Shown here: positions 1 through 9,646 of the stretch, one piece after another
Position numbering within the stretch: the first letter of the stretch is position 1
Layout of the letters: each line of letters starts with the position of its first letter
Assembly (NCBI GenBank): GCA_030632085.1
Contig: DAOVJY010000006.1
Span: 26,805 to 90,804 of the forward strand
Length of the DNA: 64,000 bases
DNA from: Candidatus Omnitrophota bacterium
GTDB lineage: Bacteria; Omnitrophota; Gorgyraeia; JAGLLT01
Reading direction: 5' to 3'
Translations under genes and position numbers: made by a program
Notes under the pieces: generated by a model
What the model was told of the DNA's origin: nothing
Seen by the model: only the letters and a program-made list of their open reading frames with translations
Databases searched by the model: none

Positions 1-723
1 TATCAACCGGTTGTTGATATAAATGGAAAATTTTATTATGAGGACGATAAACTCGTAATCAGCTATTTTAATATGGGAGATAATCTAAGTATAAAAGGAT
101 GGATTAGTTTATACGAGCCGAAAAAAATAGATATGAGCGTGGAATTAAGAAATCTGAATTCGGAAGTATTAAAAAATTATTCTTTTGCTCCCGGTGATTT
201 TAATTTTAGCGCGGTGGCTGATTGTAAAATTGATATACAAGGAGAATTACCTAATCCGTATGTTAAAATACATTTTACAACCGGCCCGGGCTCTGTAACG
301 GATATTGAATTTGAGTCTATAAGAGCAACAATCGACGGAGAGTACCCGCTTTTATATTTTCGTGATTCTCGTATAAATCGCGAAATTGGCCATTTGATTA
401 TCGAAGGCAGATTGGATATGAGGAAATTGAATGAGGGCACTTTATTTGATGATATGGTTATTAAATCAGACAGAGAAACCATTATTTGGGAAGGTTGGGA
501 TATAACCAAAAAAAAGATGGATAACGAAGTTACTCTCAGGAAATCAATAAGTGAAGATATAAGCATTTGGTATAAAAGCTATCTTAAAGATGAAACCAAA
601 TCCGAGGAAAGCAGTAAGGACACTATTGAATTGGAATATGAGATTTTAAAAAACAAGTCACTTAAGATGAAGCTTAATAAAGAAGAGGAATTTTTTGGAC
701 TTGAAAACAAGATTAAATTTTAG
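1..723 (+). CDS. Hypothetical protein, 5'-partial. The reading frame is open from base 1 into the ATG at 73, so the gene probably begins upstream of the window.
   Basis: Frame 1 has no stop from position 1 to 723; no recognisable motifs. Confidence 0.4.
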   Translation, partial: YQPVVDINGKFYYEDDKLVISYFNMGDNLSIKGWISLYEPKKIDMSVELRNLNSEVLKNYSFAPGDFNFSAVADCKIDIQGELPNPYVKIHFTTGPGSVTDIEFESIRATIDGEYPLLYFRDSRINREIGHLIIEGRLDMRKLNEGTLFDDMVIKSDRETIIWEGWDITKKKMDNEVTLRKSISEDISIWYKSYLKDETKSEESSKDTIELEYEILKNKSLKMKLNKEEEFFGLENKIKF

Positions 724-1516
724 TAAAAAAAATCTGGAGATATCCCTTTTAATCAGTGGACGCAGGTTTTTGGCCGCTTTATGCTACTTAGGGGGGCTAT
801 CTATTCTTGCGGGCAAAACTATCGGCGCGGTTTTTACCAATTTTGTGCGCAGGAAATTAGTTATCGAACAGCTGAATAAAGTTGGCGTAAATAGTATCTT
901 GATAGTTTTTCTGGTCACTATATTTACCGGGATTGTTTTAGCTCTGCAAAGCGCCTATGCCCTAAAGAAATTTGAAGCCGCTATTTATATCCCGGGTATG
1001 GTTGCTTTATCGGTTACCAGAGAACTGGGACCGGTTTTAACCGCCCTGATTATTGCCGGCAGAGTTGGCGCTTCGATGACGGCTGAAATTGGGACCATGA
1101 AAGTAACTGAGCAGATAGACGCTCTTGAATCACTGGCAACCGATCCGGTGAACTACCTGGTTGTTCCCCGTTTTGTCGCGTTACTCATTGCTGTTCCAAT
1201 TTTGACCATTTATGGTGATTTTATAGGTGTTTTGGGAGGTTATTTAGTTGGAGTTACAAAGTTGAATATCAGCCCTCATCTGTACATGAATTTAACAATA
1301 GATTCATTGGTTTATAAAGATGTATTGACGGGTTTAATTAAATCAGTTTTTTTTGCCGCGGCGATTGTTATTATCTCATGCTATGAAGGCATGAGGACGG
1401 TTGGGGGAGCTGAGGGTGTCGGCCGCTCAACTACTATGTCGGTTGTGATGTCCTTTGTTTTAATATTAATGCTTGATTGCTTCTTTACGGCATTATTTTA
1501 CTTTGTATTTCCTTGA
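695..1516 (+). CDS. mlaE: MlaE-like ABC transporter permease (phospholipid/lipid-asymmetry transporter, MlaE/YrbE family)
   Basis: 273 aa polytopic membrane protein with the EAA-like loop typical of MlaE; followed directly by an ABC ATPase and an MCE-domain protein (mlaFED-like order). Confidence 0.75.
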   Translation: MDLKTRLNFSKKNLEISLLISGRRFLAALCYLGGLSILAGKTIGAVFTNFVRRKLVIEQLNKVGVNSILIVFLVTIFTGIVLALQSAYALKKFEAAIYIPGMVALSVTRELGPVLTALIIAGRVGASMTAEIGTMKVTEQIDALESLATDPVNYLVVPRFVALLIAVPILTIYGDFIGVLGGYLVGVTKLNISPHLYMNLTIDSLVYKDVLTGLIKSVFFAAAIVIISCYEGMRTVGGAEGVGRSTTMSVVMSFVLILMLDCFFTALFYFVFP

Positions 1517-1521
1517 GAAAA

Positions 1522-2298
1522 ATGATAGAACTAAAAAAAATAAGTAAATACTTCCAGAACAACAAAGTTTTAGATAATTGTTCACTTACAATTAATAAAG
1601 GTGAGACAATGGTGATTATTGGCCGTTCCGGTGTAGGAAAAAGTGTCCTTTTGAAGCATATTATCGGGATACTTCAGCCGGATTCGGGAGATGTTATTGT
1701 TGACGGGCAAAGCGTCCCGCGTTTAAAAGCTAAAGACTTAAATAAGTTGAGACTGGAAATTGGTATGCTTTTTCAGGGAGCGGCCTTGTTTGATTCAATG
1801 ACAGTTGGCGAAAATGTCGGGTTTTTATTGAAAGAACATACTTCCGCCGCCAATGAATCAATAGATAAAAAAGTTGAAGAATCTCTGGCTATGGTAGGTT
1901 TGCACGGCATACAGAATTTGATGCCGGTTTCTTTAAGCGGAGGTATGAAAAAAAGAGTCGGTTTGGCCAGGGCTATATGTTCACAAAATTTAAAAATTGT
2001 ACTTTATGATGAGCCGACAACAGGCCTTGACCCGATAATGGCTGATGCCATTAATAATCTCATCATTTCGCTGCACGATAAACTAAATACTACTTCTATT
2101 GCTGTCACCCATGATATGAATAGTGCTTACAAAATAGCCGACAGAATAGCCATGCTCTATAAAGGTAAAATTATCGCTGTTGGAACTCCTCAGGAGATAA
2201 AGAAAACAAAAGATCCTTTTGTGAAACAGTTTATTACCGGGGATGCTCATGGCCCAATAACAGAGCATCGCGCGGCAGAGAGCTACGAGCTTTCTTAA
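1522..2298 (+). CDS. mlaF: MlaF-like ABC transporter ATP-binding protein
   Basis: Walker A GRSGVGKS, signature LSGGMKKRV, Walker B VLYDEPTTGLD. Start moved to the internal ATG (MIELKKISKYF) just after the mlaE stop; the ORF-track start at 1477 overlaps mlaE. Confidence 0.8.
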   Translation: MIELKKISKYFQNNKVLDNCSLTINKGETMVIIGRSGVGKSVLLKHIIGILQPDSGDVIVDGQSVPRLKAKDLNKLRLEIGMLFQGAALFDSMTVGENVGFLLKEHTSAANESIDKKVEESLAMVGLHGIQNLMPVSLSGGMKKRVGLARAICSQNLKIVLYDEPTTGLDPIMADAINNLIISLHDKLNTTSIAVTHDMNSAYKIADRIAMLYKGKIIAVGTPQEIKKTKDPFVKQFITGDAHGPITEHRAAESYELS

Positions 2299-2323
2299 GT
2301 TATAATTTTAAAAGGAGGGCGTT

Positions 2324-3007
2324 ATGCCTAAATCAAATACAGAATTAAGAGTGGGAATATTCGTGTTGGTTGGTATGTTTGTTTTTGGATATATTATATT
2401 TTCCATTGGAGATTTTAGTTTAAGGAGAAGCGGCTATTACATTCAAGTTAGATTTAATGATATAGCCGGTTTAGATGTAGGCGCGCCCGTTGATTTAATA
2501 GGTGTAAAAGTTGGAGAAGTCAGGACTATTAACATTATATATGACAAATTACTGGAGAAAAAAATAGTTGAATTAAATCTTTGGATAAAAAACGGCGCTG
2601 TTATAAAAAGAGACGCGATTGCCCGCCTGAGGCGCGCGGGGTTGATGGGCGAACAATATGTTCATTTATCTTTGGGCAGTGATGAGGCGCCATTATTATC
2701 CGAGGGCGGCACTATTTACGGTGAAGATATAATTAGTATTGATGATGTTACTAAAGAAGTTTTTCTGACTACTCAGGAATTTCAAAAAACGTTGAGTTCT
2801 GTAAATGTGGTGGTTGGTGACGCTAAGTTCCGCTCTGACTTAAAAGAGATTGCTCATAATACAAAAAAAGCGACGGAAAACTTAGAGGATTTAACGGCCG
2901 ATTTAAAAGCTAATCCATGGAAATTATTTAAAGTTCCAAAAGCCAAGAGTCAAGCCGACTCCGCGAAAACTTCCAATGGAAGTTACATATTTCAGGAAGG
3001 AAGATAG
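2324..3007 (+). CDS. mlaD: MlaD-like MCE-domain protein (N-terminal TM anchor)
   Basis: Single N-terminal TM helix then an MCE-like domain (GVKVGEV...); RBS AAAGGAGGG upstream; position after mlaE/mlaF. Confidence 0.7.
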   Translation: MPKSNTELRVGIFVLVGMFVFGYIIFSIGDFSLRRSGYYIQVRFNDIAGLDVGAPVDLIGVKVGEVRTINIIYDKLLEKKIVELNLWIKNGAVIKRDAIARLRRAGLMGEQYVHLSLGSDEAPLLSEGGTIYGEDIISIDDVTKEVFLTTQEFQKTLSSVNVVVGDAKFRSDLKEIAHNTKKATENLEDLTADLKANPWKLFKVPKAKSQADSAKTSNGSYIFQEGR

Positions 3008-4366
3008 GTGTCGAAAGCGAAAGTTTTTTATACTTGCGGTGAATGTGGATATCAGTCAGCCAAGTGGTTGGGCAAATGTCCCGAGTGTAACCAGTGGAAT
3101 ACATTAGTTGAGGAAGTGGATTTAGCGGATAATCAATTTTTTAAAAGCAGAGAGCAAAAAACAGAAGCACCTATCTCTATCACAAAAGTAAATGTTGAAC
3201 CTGAAGCCAGAATACCCTCGGATATAGCCGAGTTTGATAATATTATCGGAGGCGGTTTAGTAAAGGGTTCTGTGGTTTTAATTGGGGGTTCGCCCGGTAT
3301 CGGTAAGTCTACTTTGCTTTTGCAGATAGCTCAGAAATATGCCCAGGGCGGAAAGAAGGTTCTTTACGTCAGCGCTGAAGAATCAATTAATCAGGCTAAG
3401 CTTAGAGCTCATAGAGTCGGCTCGGAAAGTAATAATCTTTTTATAGTTAATCAGACTAACCTGGATGTGATTATTGAGTTTTTGAAAAAGACGCGTTTTG
3501 AAATAGTTATTATTGACTCTATTCAAGCACTCTATAAGGCTGAGGTAAATTCAATTCCCGGAAGCATTAGCCAGGTGAGAGAGTGTGCCGGAGAGTTAAC
3601 TTTTTTAGCTAAATCGAAAATATTTTCGTTATTTTTAATTGGGCACATTACCAAAGAAGGAGCTTTAGCCGGACCTAAAATATTGGAGCATATGGTTGAT
3701 ACAGTCCTTTACTTTGAGGGTGAACAGCATCACAATTATCGTATTCTAAGAGGGGTAAAAAATCGCTTCGGAGCAACTAATGAAGTAGCTATTTTTGAAA
3801 TGAGCCAGGAAGGCTTAAAGGAAGTAAAAAATCCTTCAAACATTTTTATTTCAGAAAGAGCGGACAACATTTCAGGCTCAATAGTTGTGCCGGTTATTGA
3901 AGGCTCCAGGCCGATAATGGTTGAGATTCAATCATTGGTTAGTTATTCAGGTTACGCGCAGGCGACCAGAAGAGTAACAGGGGTTGATTATAATAAGGTC
4001 AATCTCCTGATAGCCGTTCTTGAAAAAAGAGCTAAATTAAAGTTAGCCAATAAGGATATATTTGTAAATGTTGCCGGCGGCGTTAAGATATCTGAACCCG
4101 CATCGGACTTAGCGGTTGTCTTGGCAGTTGCTTCCAGCCTGAAAGACATAAAGATACCAACTGAGCTCTGCGCTTTTGGTGAGGTTGGTTTAGGTGGAGA
4201 GGTTAGGGCTGTCAGTTTAGCTGACAAACGAGTCCATGAAGCTTCTAAACTCGGCTTTAAAAAATGCATTATACCGACAGTTAATGCCAAGCGGCTTACC
4301 CGGAAAAAAAGTAAATTAGATATTATCGAAGTAAGTACCGTACTTGAGGCATTAAATGTCATTTAA
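3008..4366 (+). CDS. radA: DNA repair protein RadA (Sms)
   Basis: N-terminal C4 zinc finger CGECGYQ...CPECNQW, Walker A GSPGIGKST, KNRFG motif, C-terminal Lon-like domain. Starts with GTG at 3008. Confidence 0.9.
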   Translation: MSKAKVFYTCGECGYQSAKWLGKCPECNQWNTLVEEVDLADNQFFKSREQKTEAPISITKVNVEPEARIPSDIAEFDNIIGGGLVKGSVVLIGGSPGIGKSTLLLQIAQKYAQGGKKVLYVSAEESINQAKLRAHRVGSESNNLFIVNQTNLDVIIEFLKKTRFEIVIIDSIQALYKAEVNSIPGSISQVRECAGELTFLAKSKIFSLFLIGHITKEGALAGPKILEHMVDTVLYFEGEQHHNYRILRGVKNRFGATNEVAIFEMSQEGLKEVKNPSNIFISERADNISGSIVVPVIEGSRPIMVEIQSLVSYSGYAQATRRVTGVDYNKVNLLIAVLEKRAKLKLANKDIFVNVAGGVKISEPASDLAVVLAVASSLKDIKIPTELCAFGEVGLGGEVRAVSLADKRVHEASKLGFKKCIIPTVNAKRLTRKKSKLDIIEVSTVLEALNVI

Positions 4367-4367
4367 G

Positions 4368-4489
4368 TAAGCATAGGTAATGTTAAAGTTGTATAAAAAT
4401 TTCAAGATATACCCTGACGGGCACAAGCAAGAGACAAGATACAATAACCAAATAATAACCAATGACCAAATTCGAATAACCAAACTAAA
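4368..4489. repeat. Low-complexity repeat element, left arm of an IVS-like inverted repeat flanking the four-helix-bundle gene. Contains an exact 43-nt block (4428-4470) that recurs at 62432-62474 and, with a 7-nt deletion, near 57045-57095.
   Basis: Direct reading: caagagacaagatacaataaccaaataataaccaatgaccaaa is shared with region I. The reverse-complement-like partner is at 4838-4960. Confidence 0.7.
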
Positions 4490-4837
4490 ATGATGAAAGA
4501 ATTTGATTTAGAAAAGAGAACTACTAAATTTGCCAAAGCTGTTATTAGATTATGTAAAAGATTACCAAGAAATCCAATAAATAACAGATTAGTTGGACAG
4601 GTTGTTGGAGCGGCAGGTTCTGTTGGGGCTAATTACAGAGAAGCTAATGATGCTTTAGGTAAGAAGGATTTTATTCAAAGAATGAAAATCGCGAGAAGAG
4701 AAGCAAAAGAAAGCCTTCACTGGTTAGAATTGATTTTAGAGTCCGAAAGAGATAGAGAGTCAGAAATTAAATCTTTAATTAAGGAAGCCGGTGAACTCAA
4801 GAAGATACTATCTTCTATTATCGCTAAATCACAATAA
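4490..4837 (+). CDS. Four-helix-bundle protein (23S rRNA intervening-sequence protein / Avd-like family, PF05635-like)
   Basis: 115 aa, all-helical, typical family signature (GSVGANYREA...RRE..ESL.WLEL); flanked by inverted low-complexity repeats as in rRNA IVS elements. Confidence 0.75.
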   Translation: MMKEFDLEKRTTKFAKAVIRLCKRLPRNPINNRLVGQVVGAAGSVGANYREANDALGKKDFIQRMKIARREAKESLHWLELILESERDRESEIKSLIKEAGELKKILSSIIAKSQ

Positions 4838-4960
4838 TGTTTGGTAATTGGTTATTGAATATTGGTAATTGTTTGTACCTTGTAACTTGGTTATTGGTGT
4901 TTGTTTGTTTCTTATGACTTGTGACTTGTGACTTGTATCTTGTGACTTAATTATAGGATT
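4838..4960. repeat. Right arm of the IVS-like inverted repeat (cttgtgacttgtgacttgtatcttgtgactt...), a reverse-complement-flavoured version of the 4368-4489 element
   Basis: Reverse complement gives aagtcacaag/ataaccaa word series matching the left arm and other dispersed copies. Confidence 0.6.
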
Positions 4961-4975
4961 AACATAGGAGGTTTT

Positions 4976-5998
4976 TTGATGACGCTATTTTTTTTACGTA
5001 TTCTTTTTCTTATTGCCGGAGGGTTAGTTGGTTACCAGTCTTTTTTTGTTCTTTGGGCGCCGGATAAAGGTTATCTGGGATTGATTGCCGGGGTTGCGGG
5101 GGCGCTCTTAATTATATTGAGTGAACGCGTTAGTAAAAATATTTCCCTGAGAGGGCTGTCTTCCGCTGTTTTCGGTTTAGTTCTGGGGCTTTTAGTTGCC
5201 TGGCTGATTCGAAGCCTCTTTGATTTGATACCTTCTTTAGATCAGAATATAAAATATATCTCCGGATTGGTTATTACTGTAATATTAAGTTACTTAGGTA
5301 TCGTTCTTTCAATGAGAGGCAGAGACGAATTTAATATTATCATTCCTTATGTTCGCTTTAGCCGCCAGGATGAGCAAGATGAATTTCTGATTTTAGATAC
5401 TTCAGTTATCATTGACGGTAGAATTGTCGATATAGCCCGGACCAGGTTTTTAAGCGGTAGTTTCATTATCCCTCATTTTGTTTTAAGAGAGTTACAGCAT
5501 ATCGCGGATTCGCACGACCCTTTAAAACGCGCCAGAGGAAAAAGAGGGCTTGATATTTTAAATAAATTAAAGAAAATTCCTAACGTTCGAATAAAGATAC
5601 ACCAGCAGGATTTTCCCGATATAGCTGAAGTGGATCATAAATTAGTGAAACTGGCTAAAGTTTTAGAAGCGAAAGTTTTAACAAACGATTATAATCTTAA
5701 TAAAGTAGCAGCCATTCAGGGAGTAACCGTTTTAAATATTAATGAATTAGCTAACACCCTTAAGCCGGTAGTCTTGCCCGGAGAAGAAATGGATATCAAG
5801 ATAGTTAAAGAAGGTACCGAGCATAATCAAGGGGTGGGTTATTTAGATGACGGGACGATGATTGTAGTTGATAATTCAAGGCATCTATTGGGTAAGAATG
5901 TTAGAGCCACAGTGACCAGTGTCCTGCAGACAACGGCCGGCAAAATGATATTTGCCCGTATGGAACAGCAGGGGCGTAACGGTAAGAACAGAAGGTAG
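4976..5998 (+). CDS. PIN/TRAM-domain membrane protein (YacL-like)
   Basis: N-terminal TM helices, PIN domain (LILDTSVIIDGRI...), C-terminal TRAM-like beta domain (GKNVRATVTSV); occupies the yacL position upstream of ispD as in Firmicutes. Confidence 0.7.
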   Translation: MMTLFFLRILFLIAGGLVGYQSFFVLWAPDKGYLGLIAGVAGALLIILSERVSKNISLRGLSSAVFGLVLGLLVAWLIRSLFDLIPSLDQNIKYISGLVITVILSYLGIVLSMRGRDEFNIIIPYVRFSRQDEQDEFLILDTSVIIDGRIVDIARTRFLSGSFIIPHFVLRELQHIADSHDPLKRARGKRGLDILNKLKKIPNVRIKIHQQDFPDIAEVDHKLVKLAKVLEAKVLTNDYNLNKVAAIQGVTVLNINELANTLKPVVLPGEEMDIKIVKEGTEHNQGVGYLDDGTMIVVDNSRHLLGKNVRATVTSVLQTTAGKMIFARMEQQGRNGKNRR

Positions 5999-6004
5999 GC
6001 TTTT

Positions 6005-6688
6005 ATGAAAGTTGCCGCTTTGTTAGTGGCGGCCGGTTCTTCAAAAAGGCTGCCGGCAAAAAAAAGAAAACCATTTATTAGGCTGGCCGATAAGGTTATT
6101 CTGGAATACAGCCTGGAAGTTTTTTTAAGAAACGCTTCTGTTAAAGAAATAATCATAGCGGTTAATAAGCTTGATGTAGATGAAACTGAGAAGTTATGCC
6201 TGAAGCATAAAAACACGAAGTCAATCAAGGTTATTCGCGGAGGAAAGAAGCGCGTTGATTCCGTTTATAACGCTTTGTCACATGTTGATAAAGTAAATGA
6301 TTATATCTTGATACATGACGCCGCCAGGCCTTTTATAACAGAAAAAATAGTCAAGCAGGTTCTTTTAAGCGCGAAAAAATATCAGGCGGCTGTTTGCGGC
6401 AGGAAGGTTACATCCACAATTAAAAAGAGTGATAAAAACAATTTTATATCGGCTACTTTGGATAGAAGCAATGTGTGGGAAATACAGACTCCCCAGGTTT
6501 TCAAAAAGACATTGCTTATTAAAGCATATAAGGTGATTGATTTGAAGAAAGAGTATACTGATGACGCGGCTTTAGTTGAAACTTTGGGGAAAAAAATTAA
6601 AATAGTGCCCGCGGATAAAAATAACATTAAAATTACGACAGTTGATGATTTACTATTAGCTAAGAGCATTGTAAAAACAAGGAAGTGA
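6005..6688 (+). CDS. ispD: 2-C-methyl-D-erythritol 4-phosphate cytidylyltransferase
   Basis: N-terminal AAGSSKRL nucleotide-binding motif, length 227 aa, adjacent to ispF. Confidence 0.85.
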   Translation: MKVAALLVAAGSSKRLPAKKRKPFIRLADKVILEYSLEVFLRNASVKEIIIAVNKLDVDETEKLCLKHKNTKSIKVIRGGKKRVDSVYNALSHVDKVNDYILIHDAARPFITEKIVKQVLLSAKKYQAAVCGRKVTSTIKKSDKNNFISATLDRSNVWEIQTPQVFKKTLLIKAYKVIDLKKEYTDDAALVETLGKKIKIVPADKNNIKITTVDDLLLAKSIVKTRK

Positions 6689-6691
6689 ATT

Positions 6692-7165
6692 ATGCGTATT
6701 GGATATGGTTGTGATTATCATAATTTAATTGAAGGCAAGGAACTTATAATTGGGGGTATTAATATCCCCTATTTTAAAGGTTTAGATGGTTATTCCGACG
6801 CCGATGTTTTAATCCACGCGATTTGTGATGCTATTTTAGGAGCTATGGGTAAGGGTGATATTGGTGAGCATTTTCCCGAGGGACACCCTGAGTATAAAAA
6901 TATATCAAGTGTGATTTTACTTGAGAAAGTTCTTTTATTGCTTGATGAGTACAAGCATAAAATAGTAAATATTGATACTTTGATTATTGCCGAAGAACCA
7001 AAGATAGGGCCATTCAAAAAGCGCATCAGAGAAAATTTAGCTAAAATAATGAAGTTGGACGCTCAAGATATAAATATAAAGGCAACAACTAAAGAAGGTA
7101 AAGACGCCATTGGCCAAAGCGAAGCTATCGCGGCTGAAGCCGTAGTTTTAATAGATAAAAAGTAA
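6692..7165 (+). CDS. ispF: 2-C-methyl-D-erythritol 2,4-cyclodiphosphate synthase
   Basis: MRIGYGCDYH start motif, 157 aa, metal-binding His/Asp pattern. Confidence 0.9.
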   Translation: MRIGYGCDYHNLIEGKELIIGGINIPYFKGLDGYSDADVLIHAICDAILGAMGKGDIGEHFPEGHPEYKNISSVILLEKVLLLLDEYKHKIVNIDTLIIAEEPKIGPFKKRIRENLAKIMKLDAQDINIKATTKEGKDAIGQSEAIAAEAVVLIDKK

Positions 7166-7186
7166 ATTTAAAAATGAGGTAGAAAT

Positions 7187-7909
7187 ATGATATTTTTTCA
7201 AGTATTGATATCGTTACTAATAATTATTTTCGTTGTTCCTTTTATACTGCTTCTAATAGCAGCGGCCTTTTTTGCAAAGGAGATTAAGGCTGTTTTTGAA
7301 AGGGATCCGGCGGCTGCTAATTATTTTGAAGTTTTACTTACTTATTCGGGCCTGCATGCCATAATTCTGCACAGAGTAGCGCATAAACTTCATAAAAGTA
7401 AAGTGCCTTTTCTCCCCAGGTTTATATCTCAATTTTCCAGGTTTATTACCCATGTTGAAATTCATCCCGGCGCTCAAATAGGGCGGGAATTTTTTATAGA
7501 TCATGGAACAGGGGTTGTAATCGGAGAAACAACTATTATAGGTGATAAAGTGACTGTATTTCAGGGAACAACCTTAGGGGGAACGGGCAAAGAAAAAGGT
7601 AAACGGCATCCAACTATAGGCAGCAACGTGGTTGTGGGAGCCGGTGCCAAAGTGCTCGGTAATGTTAAGATTGGCGATAATGTTAATATCGGAGCAAATG
7701 CCGTGGTTATTCGTGATGTTCCGAGTGATTCAACGGTTGTGGGTATTCCCGGGCGTATTGCCAAAAAACAAGGCAAGAGAGTTATGGGAATAAACATTGA
7801 TTACAGCAACCTCCCCGACCCCTTAACGGAGCGGCTTGAAAATTTACAACACGAAATCGATGTAATTGAAAAAGAAATACAAATACATAAAGAAGAAAAA
7901 AACAAATAA
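7187..7909 (+). CDS. cysE: Serine O-acetyltransferase
   Basis: Left-handed beta-helix hexapeptide repeats ([23 protein letters not shown]...IGANAVV); upstream of cysS. Confidence 0.85.
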   Translation: MIFFQVLISLLIIIFVVPFILLLIAAAFFAKEIKAVFERDPAAANYFEVLLTYSGLHAIILHRVAHKLHKSKVPFLPRFISQFSRFITHVEIHPGAQIGREFFIDHGTGVVIGETTIIGDKVTVFQGTTLGGTGKEKGKRHPTIGSNVVVGAGAKVLGNVKIGDNVNIGANAVVIRDVPSDSTVVGIPGRIAKKQGKRVMGINIDYSNLPDPLTERLENLQHEIDVIEKEIQIHKEEKNK

Positions 7910-7919
7910 AAATAACAAA

Positions 7920-9419
7920 ATGCCCATATTTATATACAATTCACTCAAGAATAAAAAGCAGGAATTAAAACCAATTAATCCTCCCAAGGTAAGCATGTAT
8001 GTTTGCGGAGTGACCGTGTATGATAAGTGCCACATAGGCCACGCCAGAGGAGCCTTTGTTTTTGATGTAGTTAGAGACTATTTATCATATAAGGGGTATG
8101 AAGTCACATATGTTAAAAATATTACGGACGTAGATGATAAAATTATAAATAAGGCGGCTGAATTGGTTGAAGAACACAAAAAAAAAGGAGTGGAAAAGAA
8201 CCTCAATGAAGCCGTCGAAGAGATTACATCCTATTACATAGATGCCTACTATAAGGACATGGATGCTCTGGGTATTAAAAAAGCGGACGTTGAGCCCAGG
8301 GCCACAGAACATATTGATGATATGATAAAGATGATTGAGGGGCTTATTAAAAAAGGATATGCTTATGAAATTGATGGTGATGTCTATTTTGACGTAAGAA
8401 AATACAAAGACTATGGCCAACTTTCCAATCAGAGCGTTGAAGAGCTGCAGGAGGGAGTTCGCAAGGAAGTTGATAAGAAAAAGAGAAGCTCTCTGGATTT
8501 CGCGCTATGGAAGAAAGTAAAAGAGAATGAGCCATATTGGCAGAGTCCTTTTTCAAATGGAAGGCCCGGCTGGCATCTTGAATGTTCGGTAATGAGCATT
8601 AAATATCTCGGTAAAAACTTTGATATTCATGGCGGCGGAAGGGATTTAATATTTCCTCATCATGAAAATGAAATAGCGCAAAGTGTCTGTTATACCGGCA
8701 GCCCCTTTGCCAATATATGGATGCATAATGGCTTACTGACTATTGAAGGGCGGAAAATGGCTAAGTCACTGGGCAACTTTGTAACTATTGAAGATATCAT
8801 TATGAAATATCATCCGGAAGTTTTAAAATTATTCTTCTTATCAAGCCACTATGCCAGCCCGGTGGATTTTAGTTATAAAAAAATGGATGGCATTAAAACT
8901 TCTAGAGAAAAATTTTATATTCTCTTTGATAAAATAGACAGGTTTGAAAGCGAGTACCAAAAAAATATAAATGAGAATTCAAAAGAATTTCTGGTGGGTA
9001 AATTGCATGAATTTTCAATAGCCCTTGATAAAACAAGAAGTGATTTTGAGAAAGCTATGGACGATGATTTTAATACCCCTTCCGCATTAGCCGCTTTATA
9101 TGAGATGGTAAATATTGCTAATAAATTAATAGCAAATTCAAAAATAGATACGTGGCATAAAATCCCCTTAATAAAAAGTATTAAATTTAGCCTCAAAGAA
9201 CTGGGGGATGTTTTAGGGCTATTTAAGATTTCTGCCAACGGAAAGGATGAAGACGATATGGAAAGCATAGGTAAAGTAATAGAAATATTAATAAATTTGA
9301 GAAATAAAGCCAGAAAAGATAAGAACTTTGAGTTAGCCGATAAGATTCGCGATGAATTAGATGCTGCCGGTATAGTCATTGAAGACGAGAAAGACAAGAC
9401 AATTTGGCGCAAAAAGTAG
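7920..9419 (+). CDS. cysS: Cysteine--tRNA ligase
   Basis: HIGH motif (CHIGHARG), KMSKS (KMAKS), zinc-binding Cys. Start moved to the ATG at 7920 (MPIFIYNSL...); the Lys-rich extension from 7866 overlaps cysE and is unlikely to be coding. Confidence 0.9.
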   Translation: MPIFIYNSLKNKKQELKPINPPKVSMYVCGVTVYDKCHIGHARGAFVFDVVRDYLSYKGYEVTYVKNITDVDDKIINKAAELVEEHKKKGVEKNLNEAVEEITSYYIDAYYKDMDALGIKKADVEPRATEHIDDMIKMIEGLIKKGYAYEIDGDVYFDVRKYKDYGQLSNQSVEELQEGVRKEVDKKKRSSLDFALWKKVKENEPYWQSPFSNGRPGWHLECSVMSIKYLGKNFDIHGGGRDLIFPHHENEIAQSVCYTGSPFANIWMHNGLLTIEGRKMAKSLGNFVTIEDIIMKYHPEVLKLFFLSSHYASPVDFSYKKMDGIKTSREKFYILFDKIDRFESEYQKNINENSKEFLVGKLHEFSIALDKTRSDFEKAMDDDFNTPSALAALYEMVNIANKLIANSKIDTWHKIPLIKSIKFSLKELGDVLGLFKISANGKDEDDMESIGKVIEILINLRNKARKDKNFELADKIRDELDAAGIVIEDEKDKTIWRKK

Positions 9420-9487
9420 GCGCCAACCCGCCGGTAAAAATCTTAAAAACTACACGAATATATACAGAATAAAAGCAAAATATTACG

Positions 9488-9522
9488 CTTGACATTTTTG
9501 TATTCAAGTGCTAAACTACATT
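9488..9522 (+). promoter_or_regulatory. Sigma70-like promoter (TTGACA-17-TAAACT) in front of a ~130-nt leader that holds a hairpin (ggcatttt aaa gaaatgcc) just 5' of the RBS of the PEP-CTERM gene
   Basis: Direct reading of -35/-10 hexamers and spacing; the hairpin is at about 9628-9646. Confidence 0.4.
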
Positions 9523-9646
9523 TACGCGCTAAATGATTATCAGATTTTGAGGATAAAAGCTATAAAGCAGCTATATAAATAAAAAAAGTTATTTGCCCCC
9601 AGCATAATGTTGAGGGATTGATATAGCAACAAGGCATTTTAAAGAA

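Noticed and set aside
177-566. Minus-strand ORF (129 aa) and the many other minus-strand ORFs in the track (e.g. 3988-4362, 5839-6228, 6382-6669, 8915-9412, 14495-14770, 47397-47705, 51420-51941, 52179-52469, 61350-61643, 63688-63993)
   Set aside because: All are fully embedded antisense to well-supported plus-strand genes, have low-complexity or Ser/Leu/Phe-rich composition typical of AT-rich antisense frames, and lack RBS or motifs. Treated as non-coding.
4368-4975. Diversity-generating retroelement (Avd-like four-helix-bundle gene plus flanking repeats as TR/VR)
   Set aside because: No reverse transcriptase ORF anywhere in the window. The repeat copies differ by indels and word shuffling rather than adenine-specific substitutions. 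No candidate target gene with a C-type lectin fold is adjacent.
7866-7919. Lys-rich N-terminal extension of cysS ([18 protein letters not shown])
   Set aside because: It overlaps the cysE 3' end. The conserved CysS N-terminus starts at the ATG at 7920.
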